IMG/VR virus record: IMGVR_UViG_3300032799_000664
Span: 32,001-96,000 of that record
Direction: 5' to 3' (one strand)
DNA from: a virus
DNA length: 64,000 bases
Shown here: in pieces, positions 19,184 through 29,696 of the stretch
Numbering within the stretch: the stretch's first letter is position 1
Layout: every line of letters begins with the position of its first letter
Translations under genes and position numbers: made by a program
The notes under the pieces: model-generated
Database searches by the model: none
Told to the model about the DNA's origin: nothing
The model's input: only the letters and a program-made list of their open reading frames with translations

Positions 19184-21217
19184 ATGTCGACGACGGTGAA
19201 TGCACAGGACGTACGGGACGCGGAAACGTTCATCAAGGAGTACCTGGACGACGCCGTTCCCGAAGGCGACTATTCCGACGGCGCCGCGCTCCGCGACTTA
19301 GCCGTGAAGGCGATCGCGGGCACCGTGGCGCTGATGCGCGAGACGGGGCGGCAAATCGACATTCGACAGAGCATCAAGACGATCCTCGAAGTCGACACCA
19401 GTGACGATCCGACGGCCACCGATGACGCGGTCGATGCCTGGGCGGCGAACTGGTTCATTGGTCGTCGCGGCGGCGGCTACGCGCGCATCATGGGCTACGG
19501 TCTCGCCACACAGCGGGCCGATCTCACCATCAAGCGGACTACCCGGTTCTACAAGAGCTCGGACCTACCGTTCCTCCTCGACAACGGGGGCGTGGAGTTG
19601 AACATCCCGGCCGAGCAGCTGACGGCGCTCTTCGATTCCAGCGGCATTATCACCGGCTACCAGTTCAAGGTGCCGCTCGTCGCGCAGACCACCGGCACCG
19701 GGTTCAATGTCGAGCCAGGGCGCTTCTCGTCCTTCGACAACTTCAGCCCCTACGTCACCCAGATCGAGACGCTCACCCGGGCCACCGGGGGCAAGGACAT
19801 CGAGACCACCCCGGATCTCATCGACCGCAGTGGTACGATCGTGGCGACCCGCAACCTGATCAACGCGCGCTCTTGCGATGTGGTGCTCAAGGACGAATAC
19901 GTCGAGATCGCCGCGTTGTCGCTCATCGGGATGGGCGACGTCGAGATGATTCGTGACCGTGAAGTCGAAGCCACGAACGGCATCGAGGTGCACACCGGTG
20001 GCTGCCAGGACATCTTCGTCGCCACTAGTTTGATGGAGACGGCCGTCACCGGCACTGTTGGCGGCAAGTTCCAGCGCCCCGACAACGTCGCCAACGTGTT
20101 CCGCGACCTCACCTACGCACCCTACGACCCCGTCAACAATCCGACGGGGCACAAGTTCATTGACGCTGACCCGGTGACTGGCAAGACCATGACCGCAGGC
20201 ATGGTGCTGCGCGTCTGGGCCGGGCTGCCCGTCAGCGCTCGCGACTTCATCATCCGCGACGTGCAAGCGGCGCAGGTGCTCATCAGCGAACGGACTCCGT
20301 TCCCGGTGCCCACCGATGAGCAGCTGAGCTACGTGACCTGGTCGGTGGGACAGATGATGCCCGACTATCAGGACGTCGTTGGCCAGCAGCTGACCGGCGA
20401 GACTTCCCGGCGCTGGCAAGCCTCCGGCCGCATCACCCTGCCGGGTGGACCGGTCTACCGCATCAAGGACGTCGCTGTTCTGGACTCGACCGACCCCGAT
20501 GCTGACCCCACCGACGGCATGGTACATCTGAACGTCCGCATCAACACGACGCCGACGGAACAGGTGGCGCCGGACAACCAGTACCAGCTGATCGTTCACG
20601 AACCCGCCAACCACCAGTCTGCCCGAAGCTTCATGGAGATCCTGGCCGGACCTGTCGAGGACCTCGACAAGTACGATGGCAAGAGCCTCAAGGTCACCTA
20701 CGACACGCTCGCCATCTTCGACACGCTCGATTACCGCGTCGTGAACCGGCGGGAGAAGATCTCGGCGGCATCGCCACTGGTGAAGGGCTACCACCCACTG
20801 TACCTGAAGTTCGTCGTCGAGTTTTCTCGGCTCCGGAACGCCGACCCGAACGTCATCATCGATGTCGTCGAAGCGGGACGAGCACTGATGGCATTCATCA
20901 ACGCCTTCCCGCCCACCGAGGTCATCGACGTCTCGGTCATCTCGACGCAGCTGCGCACGCTGTATCCTACGGTCATCGGACAGGTCTATCCCTTCACCAT
21001 CGACTACGAAGTCTACATTCCCGATGGCCGCGTGGTCGTGTTCACGACTGCGGAGAAGGTCGAGCTCCCCAGCGACGTCACCAGGCTCCGCGCCCTGCAA
21101 GCGGCGCCGGATGATCTGATCGAGGGACTGTTGAACCCGCTCGAGTACGGTCTCAGTGACGCAGTGGCCGGCTACTACGCGGTCGAGGACGACATCGTTG
21201 TGCGGGAGCGCACCTGA
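19184..21217 (+). CDS. baseplate wedge protein (gpJ/gp6-like)
   Basis: GAALRDL, D.WAANWFIGRRGG.YARI, AQTTGTGFNV, ATGGKDIET motifs. Confidence 0.75.
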   Translation: MSTTVNAQDVRDAETFIKEYLDDAVPEGDYSDGAALRDLAVKAIAGTVALMRETGRQIDIRQSIKTILEVDTSDDPTATDDAVDAWAANWFIGRRGGGYARIMGYGLATQRADLTIKRTTRFYKSSDLPFLLDNGGVELNIPAEQLTALFDSSGIITGYQFKVPLVAQTTGTGFNVEPGRFSSFDNFSPYVTQIETLTRATGGKDIETTPDLIDRSGTIVATRNLINARSCDVVLKDEYVEIAALSLIGMGDVEMIRDREVEATNGIEVHTGGCQDIFVATSLMETAVTGTVGGKFQRPDNVANVFRDLTYAPYDPVNNPTGHKFIDADPVTGKTMTAGMVLRVWAGLPVSARDFIIRDVQAAQVLISERTPFPVPTDEQLSYVTWSVGQMMPDYQDVVGQQLTGETSRRWQASGRITLPGGPVYRIKDVAVLDSTDPDADPTDGMVHLNVRINTTPTEQVAPDNQYQLIVHEPANHQSARSFMEILAGPVEDLDKYDGKSLKVTYDTLAIFDTLDYRVVNRREKISAASPLVKGYHPLYLKFVVEFSRLRNADPNVIIDVVEAGRALMAFINAFPPTEVIDVSVISTQLRTLYPTVIGQVYPFTIDYEVYIPDGRVVVFTTAEKVELPSDVTRLRALQAAPDDLIEGLLNPLEYGLSDAVAGYYAVEDDIVVRERT

Positions 21218-24200
21218 TGCCGACGTCGCTTGACGATCGTTCCACCTCGTTGCTGCGTGGGCTCAGCGACTTCTGGACCCGCTTCTTCGCAGATACGCCC
21301 ACGCTGGAGGGGTTGTTCAACGCGTCTGAGATCCAGCTATCTCAGGCGTACTTCGACATCCTGCAGTCGTTCCTTGGTATCTCGGTCCAGGACGTACCCC
21401 TCTTTCGCAAGGAGCTGTTCAAGCTCCTGACCATCCGGGAAGATCACGTGACGTTCCGCGAAGCCGCTAACCCGGGCGCTTCTCGCTCCGTCTACGTATT
21501 GGCCGAGGCTATCACCGCGATTCCAGCCCTGCAGAACAAGGTCTTCGCGCCCACTGCCGCACTGGTGCCCAGCACCGACTACGATCTCAACGCGGGGAAC
21601 TACGAGCTGCAGCTGGCCGTGGATCCCACCGGTAGCGTCGGCCGTACGCTCGGAACCAGTGCCGCGGCTTCGCTGTTGACCTATGGCACCGGAGCACTGA
21701 CGCGCTGCTACGTGACCGAGGGAACACCATTCACTGACGCCAAACCCGGCCACTGGGTTCGCCTCCTCAATAGTTCCGCTGGCAACAACCGGACGTACCG
21801 GGTCGCAGAAGTCATCGATGCACAAGCTGTGTTGCTGGCAGGTACCATCACCCTGCCGGACCCCAGCAGCGGATCGCTGCAAGCCACGTTGCTCGATTCT
21901 GAGTTTGCCCCGGTAGCCGGTTTCGCCAAGCGTGCGTTGACCGTCGTCGTAGGCGGTAGTTTCGACGACGCGGCTCGACGACTACGTGACGCAGAGCAGA
22001 GTTCTTGGGCGGCCGACTGGCCGATCGGGCTGGGCATACGCAAGGGCGACATCTTGCGGGTGCTCGACCAGAGTGCGGTGCCGGTGGCGCCAGTCGACTA
22101 CAACATCATCCTGGTACGACACGAACGCTGCTACTTGTCGGCGCAGACCCCACTCTCCAGTAGCACTGGTCCTCAGCTGAACGACGCCGGTCGGACTGTG
22201 ACTGCGGACCCCATCACCGATCGCGTCACGTTGGCTACACACGGCTTTGCGATTGACACGCGGGTGATGTTGACCACGACGGGAACGATGCCCGGCGGGT
22301 TGATTGCAGGGCGCTTCTACTACGTGCGGGAACCGACCAGTGGTGACTTCAAGCTAGCTGCGAACGCGGGTAGCGGCGTCCTCATCGACATCACCAGTGT
22401 GGGCACCGGCACGCTCACCGTCTATGGCACCCAGGACGGCGTCACGCCCCGACTGGTGCGGGACTACGTCATCTTGCGACAACCGCCGAACGCGGAGATG
22501 ATCGAAGAACCGGTGATCTTCACTGAGACAGGCGTTCCTAAGACTGGTGGTGCAGGGCAGCTGATCAACGACTTGCTGTTGGGTCCCTGTCTCTTCGACA
22601 CGGGCGCGGCCTTCGACGCTGGTGACCGACAACGTTTCGTGACGATCTCCGGCAGTGCCACGATCACCTGCACGGCAGACTTGAGCTATGGCAACGTGTT
22701 GACCCGCACTGGCGGGATGCAACAACCGTTCGCCCGTTCGTCTGTCGGCGGTCAAGCAGAGATCACCACAGGTACACAGATCGGCATCTACTTCATTCAG
22801 TCCATCGCCGCAGACGGTAACAGCGTCGTACTCGATGGCAGTCCCTTCACACCAGAACCCGGTGTGTCGGTCGAGATTCAAGTCGTCACGAACAGCGGCA
22901 CGTACCGCATCCGCAAGGTGGGTGGTTCGGGTAAGCACTTGGTGTTGGACCAGCTGTTCGGGTATCCCGACGCCAACAACGGCACGCTCTCCTGGCGCGT
23001 TCACGACGGCTATCAGACTGCACTGGTGCACACCCGCGTGGTGCGTGGCAGTGCTCAGCTCGCTGCCAGCATCGGTGACGCAGACACGGGCGGGGTTCAC
23101 GAACCCCGCTTCAGTGAAGACTACACCGTCGATTACGAAGCCGGCATGCTTCTCCAGATAGGTCGATTGGCGGGGTTGTGGGGCCTCGACGCCACCGACA
23201 AGGTCTGCACGGCTGACGCCGCCACTGACCTCCTAACGGCCACCGGACATGGCTTCAGCGATACCAACGATGTTGTCTTCTGGACGCCAGGTGTCCTGCC
23301 GCAGGGTCTCACCGCCGGGACGAAATACGTGCGCGATGCGGCGCTCAACACGTTCCGCGTAGCTGATACCATCGGTGGTACCGCCATCGACTTGCTCGAC
23401 GCTGGCAGCAGCACGCTGCATGTCCGGCGCGCCGGTGGTCATGCCCTCGTGCTCGCCACGTACACCTGGCTGCAGGAGGTCATACCCGAAGTCACGGCCG
23501 CTACGGCCGCCCTGTACCCCGACGAAACCGAAACTGACGTCGCCGAGATTGCCTTCTGGATCCCTGACGCCCAGTTAGACCTGTTCCGGCTCTACGATAA
23601 CTTCGGCTACCTCATCGGTCGCTTCCAAGCTTCGAGCGAAGCCTACCGGCAGTTCATTCGCGGAGTCTTCCAGCTCTACCTACTGGGACCGACGCTCGAG
23701 CGTATCGAATCGGCACTCAACGTCATCTGTGCGCTGCCGGTAGTTCGTGATGACGGTGAAACGCTGGTGTCCTACGAAGCGGTGGGCACCATCAGTGACG
23801 ACCCCGACCACGCGCGAATCACCACCCGACGTCCCGACGGCAACCTGGCGCGTTACCTATTCCCGGCAGGAACCCCTATCCGGAGCGACATCAGCAGCTA
23901 CGTACCTGGCACCAGTGCAGCGATCTCCTTCTTGTCCTTCGAAGCCTTCACCGAGCTGTTCCAGGTTGTCGATTGGACGGAAGACGCGCTGTGGTGGGAC
24001 AGCATCATCGTGCCACAATCGCTCATGCCAGGTGAATCGACGGCTCGCCGCACAACGGTGCCGGTGCTCTACGAGAACACCATCGGGCAGATCGACGATC
24101 CACACATCGGCGACCCCGGGTTCTTCATCGGGGCTGACGATGATGGCATCGTACCGCCCTGGTCTGTAGCGGGAGGTTGGTCTTCGGGTACGGCGCTGGC

Positions 24201-24960
24201 GTTCCCATTCGCACCTTCATTCGGTGGCGTCGGCGTGTATGTCGCAGCGCCGGCGTTGCGGCGCAAGATGGCCAACGTCGTCGTCGACAAGTACATCAAG
24301 CGGAACTTCTTCTACGTCCACTTCGACGCGGCTCTCTCGGTGCTCTTCCCGTCGGACTTCATCAATGACCTGCGCGACCTGGTGCTGATTGCCAAGCCGG
24401 GCTACACGATGGTCTACGTCGAACCGGCCAGCCACTTTGTCGACGTAATGCAGATGAGCGAACAAGCGTTGATCTTCGCCGGCGATCTGTCGTTAGCAGA
24501 TGCCGCCCCGGTAGGTCCAGAGCGCCCACTCCTCATCGGGGGCCAGTGGAACATCGGTGACAGCTTCCGTCACGAAGCGGCACTGCTGAGCCAGGCGCTA
24601 CTAACGGCCGATGGCGCGAACATTCCGGCGCCGGTGACGCTCGCCCATGACCACCTGACGCTGCAACGCGTCGTCTGCCCCGGAGCCCCGGTTCTGGAAG
24701 ACACCGATTACACCGTGAACTACTTCACCGGAGTAGTCACCCCGATCACCGTCTGGCCCCTCGGCGTCTACACCATCGACTACAGCTACTGGACCATCAC
24801 GCCGGCCGCCAGTGCCGATCCGGCCGATGGTGACACCCCCTACATGATCGGGGGCCAAGAGCTCTGGTTCGGCAACCTCGGAGCCAAGCTCTACGGTGAC
24901 GTGAAGACGCCGGTGTTGACCGAGCAACCCCTACAGATCGCGGCGGTTCCAGCCCCATGA
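21217..24960 (+). CDS. large baseplate wedge/tail protein with two internal repeated domains
   Basis: 1247 aa; NFGYLIG...YRQFIRGVFQLYLLGPT wedge-like segment; TAD..TD....HGF...P.GL.AG..Y domain near 22200 and 23205. Confidence 0.65.
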   Translation: MPTSLDDRSTSLLRGLSDFWTRFFADTPTLEGLFNASEIQLSQAYFDILQSFLGISVQDVPLFRKELFKLLTIREDHVTFREAANPGASRSVYVLAEAITAIPALQNKVFAPTAALVPSTDYDLNAGNYELQLAVDPTGSVGRTLGTSAAASLLTYGTGALTRCYVTEGTPFTDAKPGHWVRLLNSSAGNNRTYRVAEVIDAQAVLLAGTITLPDPSSGSLQATLLDSEFAPVAGFAKRALTVVVGGSFDDAARRLRDAEQSSWAADWPIGLGIRKGDILRVLDQSAVPVAPVDYNIILVRHERCYLSAQTPLSSSTGPQLNDAGRTVTADPITDRVTLATHGFAIDTRVMLTTTGTMPGGLIAGRFYYVREPTSGDFKLAANAGSGVLIDITSVGTGTLTVYGTQDGVTPRLVRDYVILRQPPNAEMIEEPVIFTETGVPKTGGAGQLINDLLLGPCLFDTGAAFDAGDRQRFVTISGSATITCTADLSYGNVLTRTGGMQQPFARSSVGGQAEITTGTQIGIYFIQSIAADGNSVVLDGSPFTPEPGVSVEIQVVTNSGTYRIRKVGGSGKHLVLDQLFGYPDANNGTLSWRVHDGYQTALVHTRVVRGSAQLAASIGDADTGGVHEPRFSEDYTVDYEAGMLLQIGRLAGLWGLDATDKVCTADAATDLLTATGHGFSDTNDVVFWTPGVLPQGLTAGTKYVRDAALNTFRVADTIGGTAIDLLDAGSSTLHVRRAGGHALVLATYTWLQEVIPEVTAATAALYPDETETDVAEIAFWIPDAQLDLFRLYDNFGYLIGRFQASSEAYRQFIRGVFQLYLLGPTLERIESALNVICALPVVRDDGETLVSYEAVGTISDDPDHARITTRRPDGNLARYLFPAGTPIRSDISSYVPGTSAAISFLSFEAFTELFQVVDWTEDALWWDSIIVPQSLMPGESTARRTTVPVLYENTIGQIDDPHIGDPGFFIGADDDGIVPPWSVAGGWSSGTALAFPFAPSFGGVGVYVAAPALRRKMANVVVDKYIKRNFFYVHFDAALSVLFPSDFINDLRDLVLIAKPGYTMVYVEPASHFVDVMQMSEQALIFAGDLSLADAAPVGPERPLLIGGQWNIGDSFRHEAALLSQALLTADGANIPAPVTLAHDHLTLQRVVCPGAPVLEDTDYTVNYFTGVVTPITVWPLGVYTIDYSYWTITPAASADPADGDTPYMIGGQELWFGNLGAKLYGDVKTPVLTEQPLQIAAVPAP

Positions 24961-24966
24961 TCTTCT

Positions 24967-25533
24967 GTGGTAGCATCCTCATCCAGGAGCGCTGACATGC
25001 AGCCTCGTGCGCGTGCGCTGAACTTTCGATCGAGCTTGAAGATCATCGGTACGCTGACCATCCACGCTATCGACGTTCGCACCGGCAACGTCGTCTGGAC
25101 GTTCCACAAGCGGAACACCATCGTCTACGACGCCAGCAACATCGTGCGTTCGCTCCTAGCGCAGCGCACGCCGGTCACCGATCCGGCGCCCGCCGAGTAC
25201 TCCTGGGGTTCGATGCGGTTCGGGACCAGTGGTACGGTGCCGACGCGCTACGACACCAACCTGTTGGCCGAAGTTAGCAGCGCGCGCAAACAACTGACCG
25301 ACGCCAAGAAGGTCAACGGCATCACTGGCGAAATCACGTTGCAAGCGACGCTCGACACTGGTGACGCCAACGGCTACACCCTGCGAGAAGCGGGCGTCTT
25401 CACGCAGAGCACGCTGTGGAGTGCCGACGTGGGCGGCACGCTCAAGATGTTCTCCCGGCAGGTGCATCCGGCGTACGAAAAGACCTCCGCGCTCCGGCTG
25501 GAGTACGGCTGGACGATGCAATTTACGGCGTAA
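24967..25533 (+). CDS. phage tail collar/fibre attachment protein
   Basis: RNTIV, FGTSGT, ANGYTLREAGVF, MFSR...EKTS..LEYGW pattern. Confidence 0.7.
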   Translation: MVASSSRSADMQPRARALNFRSSLKIIGTLTIHAIDVRTGNVVWTFHKRNTIVYDASNIVRSLLAQRTPVTDPAPAEYSWGSMRFGTSGTVPTRYDTNLLAEVSSARKQLTDAKKVNGITGEITLQATLDTGDANGYTLREAGVFTQSTLWSADVGGTLKMFSRQVHPAYEKTSALRLEYGWTMQFTA

Positions 25534-25535
25534 AG
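25521..25535. promoter_or_regulatory. palindrome ATTTAC-GGC-GTAAAG (site 3)
   Basis: one mismatch; overlaps a stop codon just upstream of the tail fibre gene. Confidence 0.55.
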
Positions 25536-25548
25536 AAAAGGGCGAGCA

Positions 25549-27630
25549 ATGCTCTACAACGACGTCGACTTCCGCAACGGCAGTGACACCGGTGAACCGG
25601 AGGCAGCTGCCATCCAGCCCTACAACGACGGCGAACCGGCCGGGCAGGGCATTTTTCGTCGGCCGGTAGAGAATACGCGCAGCCGCAGTGATTTGTTACG
25701 GCAAGTCTTGCGCGAGCATCTCGTCCTGCGCGACTTGCAGCAGGTCTTGCTGGTGGGCGGTGGAACCTTCACGTTCGGCGGGGCCAAGCCGACCTACACC
25801 GGCGTCTTCACGACCACTGCAGATCTCGAGGTTCGTCCGTTCGCCACGCCCGGTGCGGATGCTTCACCCTACACCGTTTCGACGAAGGCTTCAGTGCTCG
25901 TCGGTAGCGTCGACGTCATCAAGTTCGAGTCGAAGTACAAGCAGTGGCAGGACCCCGGTGCCGATCCCGACATCGCTGCCGAAGCGGACATGATCTCGGT
26001 GGAGATCGTGCACACGGGAGTCCTCTCCGTCGCAGTGCAGGGCGCGGCCGGACAGCAGAACAACGTCTACGTCACCATCAACTACGGCACGACCACCTGC
26101 CAGGAAGTCATCGACGCTGTCAACGTGCACACCGGCGCCAACAAGCTGGTCGTGGCTTCACTGGCCAGTGGCACCAACACGAACCCAGCGTCGAAGTTCA
26201 GCACCGCCGAGTGGGGCTCCGACTGGTCAGTGCGCTTCTTGCGCGGGGGCGCCCCAGGACTGCTCCACGTCATCACCTCGGCCGTGCTCGCCACGTTCTT
26301 CGCGGCGCACGTAGACAACCCGCTGCGAAAGGGCGACACCCTCGCGATCTGGTACGACCAGCTCATCGAGCTGAGCCCAGTCGCACCACCGCCCGGTGGC
26401 CGGCTGCAGAGCACCCCCGAGAACAGCAACTACTCGATCCCGGCGGGATCGCTGTTCAACACGCGGCGGGAGCCGGAGAAGATCCCGAACTGCGTTCCGA
26501 TCTGCAAGTGCGTTGACGACAACACCATCATCTTCGTCGACGGTTCGCGCATCACCCGCACGACGGCAGCGACGCTGTGGTGGGACAGCGCGCACCTCGT
26601 CGGTGGTAGCAGCTCGCTTATCAGCATCTCAGGTTGGGCGCGCTTACACACGACGCCATGTCCACACGTACCGCCAACGACGGTGCAGGACGCCCTCGAC
26701 AACGCCGACAAACTATTCGACGTTGCCCTGGATGAAATCGAAGCCGCTCGCGGTGGTGAGACGGACCTGCTCACCAACATCTCGAAGCGCATTCCGCGCG
26801 CTGGTGCCACGGACATCAGCGGTGCACTGATCTCGAACAACAGCAGTGACCTCGGTGGCAGCAGTACACGCTGGGGTACGGCCTACGCCAACAATCTGAA
26901 CTTCGACACCGATCTCACCCCCGGTGCCAGTGCCAAGGTCAACGGTCATCTCATCCCCAAGACCGACAACGCTGATGACTTGGGTGACGGAACCTACGGT
27001 TGGCGCAACTTCTACATCAAGGGCAACATCGTCGGCGGCGTCAACAGTCGTTTCGCTGGCAGCGTGTGGTCACCGAACAGCGACGGCCTCATTAACATGG
27101 GCAGCGGCGTCGCGAAGTGGGGAATCGGCTACTTCGCCAATCTCAAGTCATATCTGGCAACGCCCGCAGCTGACGAAGACGTCATCCGGCTTGCGACCTA
27201 TCGAGAAGGGGCGCAGCGCGTTGCCGATGCGGGCCTCAGTGTCGCTGACGACACGTATGTCAGTCTCGTCGCAGCTGATTGGAACGCGTCAAGTGTCGAC
27301 AAGTTCGACCACGGCAGCTACATCAGCGGGGATGGCATCGCGTTGCCCGCTGACAATCGACGCTGGAAGATTTCGTTGCTAGTCGCGTGGCTGGGAGCAG
27401 CACCAGGCGCCGACTATTTCTTCTCAGCTGCAGTCCGCTTCGCCGGTGCTTTGACACTCATGTCGGTAGTCATTCCGCCGGCCAACGGTGGCTACGGTGT
27501 CACGCTCTACGTGTCGAAAATCATAAAGGCTGCGGCGGCTGGTGAGCTTACAGTTCGCCTGCGCCAGAAGAGTGGCGCTAGCAATACTGCAACGAATGTA
27601 GTCCTCAGTGCAATTCCAACGCTCTACTGA
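25549..27630 (+). CDS. tail fibre / receptor-binding protein
   Basis: 693 aa at end of tail operon; repeated DLG.....W...Y segments; beta-rich C-terminal domain. Confidence 0.7.
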   Translation: MLYNDVDFRNGSDTGEPEAAAIQPYNDGEPAGQGIFRRPVENTRSRSDLLRQVLREHLVLRDLQQVLLVGGGTFTFGGAKPTYTGVFTTTADLEVRPFATPGADASPYTVSTKASVLVGSVDVIKFESKYKQWQDPGADPDIAAEADMISVEIVHTGVLSVAVQGAAGQQNNVYVTINYGTTTCQEVIDAVNVHTGANKLVVASLASGTNTNPASKFSTAEWGSDWSVRFLRGGAPGLLHVITSAVLATFFAAHVDNPLRKGDTLAIWYDQLIELSPVAPPPGGRLQSTPENSNYSIPAGSLFNTRREPEKIPNCVPICKCVDDNTIIFVDGSRITRTTAATLWWDSAHLVGGSSSLISISGWARLHTTPCPHVPPTTVQDALDNADKLFDVALDEIEAARGGETDLLTNISKRIPRAGATDISGALISNNSSDLGGSSTRWGTAYANNLNFDTDLTPGASAKVNGHLIPKTDNADDLGDGTYGWRNFYIKGNIVGGVNSRFAGSVWSPNSDGLINMGSGVAKWGIGYFANLKSYLATPAADEDVIRLATYREGAQRVADAGLSVADDTYVSLVAADWNASSVDKFDHGSYISGDGIALPADNRRWKISLLVAWLGAAPGADYFFSAAVRFAGALTLMSVVIPPANGGYGVTLYVSKIIKAAAAGELTVRLRQKSGASNTATNVVLSAIPTLY

Positions 27631-27921
27631 TCAAGAGACGTTCTGAGCGACGCTCTCGCCTCCGCCCCCCACCACCTGACACCGGAACTCGACGAACTTC
27701 ATCCGCTGCTTTCCCTGGAAGAACTCGACGATCACGCCGGCCGCGCACTCGCCCTTGACGAGTGGGTTCTCCATGAACGGGTAGAGCTCACGCACGACGA
27801 CGCGATCGTAGAAGGGGTGATTCTCGGGACGGTACTCACCGTAGCCGAGCGAGAGGTAGTACTGCGCGATGTGCTTGAAGACGAAGGTGAGACCGAGACG
27901 CCGTTCCGCGGGGACTTTCAC
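27631..27921 (-). CDS. hypothetical protein
   Basis: GTGA overlap with the amidase stop; 96 aa. Confidence 0.55.
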   Translation of the reverse strand: MKVPAERRLGLTFVFKHIAQYYLSLGYGEYRPENHPFYDRVVVRELYPFMENPLVKGECAAGVIVEFFQGKQRMKFVEFRCQVVGGGGESVAQNVS

Positions 27922-28928
27922 GCGACCTCGACGACCTGGCAGCCGGGCAGATTCTCGAGGACGTACTGCCAGACCGTGTACATCCCCGGGTCGCACTTAT
28001 TGTTGTCCTGGTGGTAGTGGCCGCAGATACCCTTGAAGCCGCCCACGTTCCACTTGTCGCCGGTCGGCGGGAAGTAGCTGTTGGCGACGCTCTTCCAGAT
28101 CTCTGGCGGGCCGAAGTCACCGAGCTTGCCCTTGTAGGCCGGGAGCTGGCGGGGGATGGGGGTGGCGTCGCAGACCCAGTCCAGCAGCTTGACCAAGCCC
28201 TGGAGCTGAACGGCATAGAAGTCGAGGATCTCGTGCGTGTCTCCGCGCACGAACATCTTGGTGAGCGGCCGGGGCGGCTGGCAGCGCTTGTTGCGCTCCG
28301 GCAGGACGGGGTTGGCGACCTCGACCCCCCAGGCGCGCCGGTTGACCCGGCCGGCGTGCCAACAGGTGGCGTGGGCTGGATCTACCGTCTGCCAGATGGT
28401 GGCGTCGCAGTCCTCCATGAAGAGGACCGAGAGCTTCCGCGAGCGTAGGACGTCGAAGCACTGGTGCGAGTCCATGCAGCCGTCCCAGTGCACGACGAAG
28501 AGGTCGGGGTTGAGCAGAGCCTCGTCGTAGAAGCCCTGGTCGAAGGCGAGGGCGCCCGGCTCATCCGGGGTCACCACTCGGAGCCCTTCGCTGTCGACCT
28601 TGATGCCGTTGATGAGGAAGTAGTCCTTGCCTGGGGGCGCCTCGAAGACGTCGGCCTGGATGGCCTTGTTGGTCTTCGGCCCACAGACGCCGTCCGGCTC
28701 GAACCCGGTGTTGGAGAGCTGCCACTGCCGGATGTCCTCGGCGAACTGAGCGGAGTCCGGGTCAGCCTTCGAGACCTGATCTCCGGCCCAGTCGTCGGCG
28801 AGCTGGTGCCACCAGTAGACGTTCTGGGTGGTGGCGGTGTTGAGCTGCTCCTGCGACAGCGAATCGTCGGAGAGCAGCTCAGCGCGTTTGTGGGAATCGG
28901 TGATGTACGAAGTGTCGAGCCAGCTCAT
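27918..28928 (-). CDS. N-acetylmuramoyl-L-alanine amidase (endolysin) with peptidoglycan-binding domain
   Basis: EPDGVCGPKT binding motif; VVHWD, WHAG..N...GVEVAN, GHYH...KCDPG amidase_2 motifs. Confidence 0.85.
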   Translation of the reverse strand: MSWLDTSYITDSHKRAELLSDDSLSQEQLNTATTQNVYWWHQLADDWAGDQVSKADPDSAQFAEDIRQWQLSNTGFEPDGVCGPKTNKAIQADVFEAPPGKDYFLINGIKVDSEGLRVVTPDEPGALAFDQGFYDEALLNPDLFVVHWDGCMDSHQCFDVLRSRKLSVLFMEDCDATIWQTVDPAHATCWHAGRVNRRAWGVEVANPVLPERNKRCQPPRPLTKMFVRGDTHEILDFYAVQLQGLVKLLDWVCDATPIPRQLPAYKGKLGDFGPPEIWKSVANSYFPPTGDKWNVGGFKGICGHYHQDNNKCDPGMYTVWQYVLENLPGCQVVEVA

Positions 28929-28929
28929 G

Positions 28930-29688
28930 TCACACGCCCGTGGCCATGCGGACGGTCCAAAAATCGTCGGCCAGCCAGGTCTCGACGTACTTGTAGGGCA
29001 AGTAGCCGAAGCCCTTGTCGCCCCAGGCGGTGCCCCAGCTGTTCTCGAACTTGAGGAGCTTAGTGATGTCGCTGTAGCCGACGAAGAGGACGGCGTGGCC
29101 ACCAACGTAGCCCTCACCCGGCGCTGGGTACTTGACGATGCCGGTCCGGCTCGTCTCCTCGCTCTCGAGGCTCTCGGGACAGGTGAAGCCACCAAGGAGG
29201 GGAAAGCCCTGGGCCAGGCAGACCTTGATCGAGTACAGGCTAGGGCAGCGCCAGTACTGGGTGATGAGATGCTGCTTAGCTTCGGTGATCTGCTTGGGCT
29301 GTGGCGGCTTCTCGAAGTCCTCGGTCTTGTATGGCCAGGTTGCTTCGTGGCAGACCCCATACTTGGCCAGGGTCTTCATCACGTCGCGGTTCTGGGCGCC
29401 TACGTCACCCTCCACATGCTCCATCCAGTGGCGGACAGCGTAGTAGAGGAAGAGGCGGCTGAGCTCGGTCACCGGGCGGCCCAGCTTGATGGCCACGTAC
29501 TCCATCGCCGAGGTGCCGGCGTTGCAGGTACACGAGCCCAGGCTGCTCTGATCCTCGATGCGGGGCAACTTGCCCTTCGAGAGATCGACTTCGCGGGTGA
29601 GCTTGAACCAGGCCATGAGGCCCGGCTTGAACTCCTGGTCACGGAGGTCTCGTCGGTCCTTCTTCCAGCCGGTGAGGTTGTGCTTCAT
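28930..29688 (-). CDS. papain-like C1A cysteine peptidase
   Basis: DQSSLGSCTCNA, GGHAVLFVGY, FENSWGTAWGDKGFGYLPY. Confidence 0.9.
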   Translation of the reverse strand: MKHNLTGWKKDRRDLRDQEFKPGLMAWFKLTREVDLSKGKLPRIEDQSSLGSCTCNAGTSAMEYVAIKLGRPVTELSRLFLYYAVRHWMEHVEGDVGAQNRDVMKTLAKYGVCHEATWPYKTEDFEKPPQPKQITEAKQHLITQYWRCPSLYSIKVCLAQGFPLLGGFTCPESLESEETSRTGIVKYPAPGEGYVGGHAVLFVGYSDITKLLKFENSWGTAWGDKGFGYLPYKYVETWLADDFWTVRMATGV

Positions 29689-29696
29689 GGCCGCCC

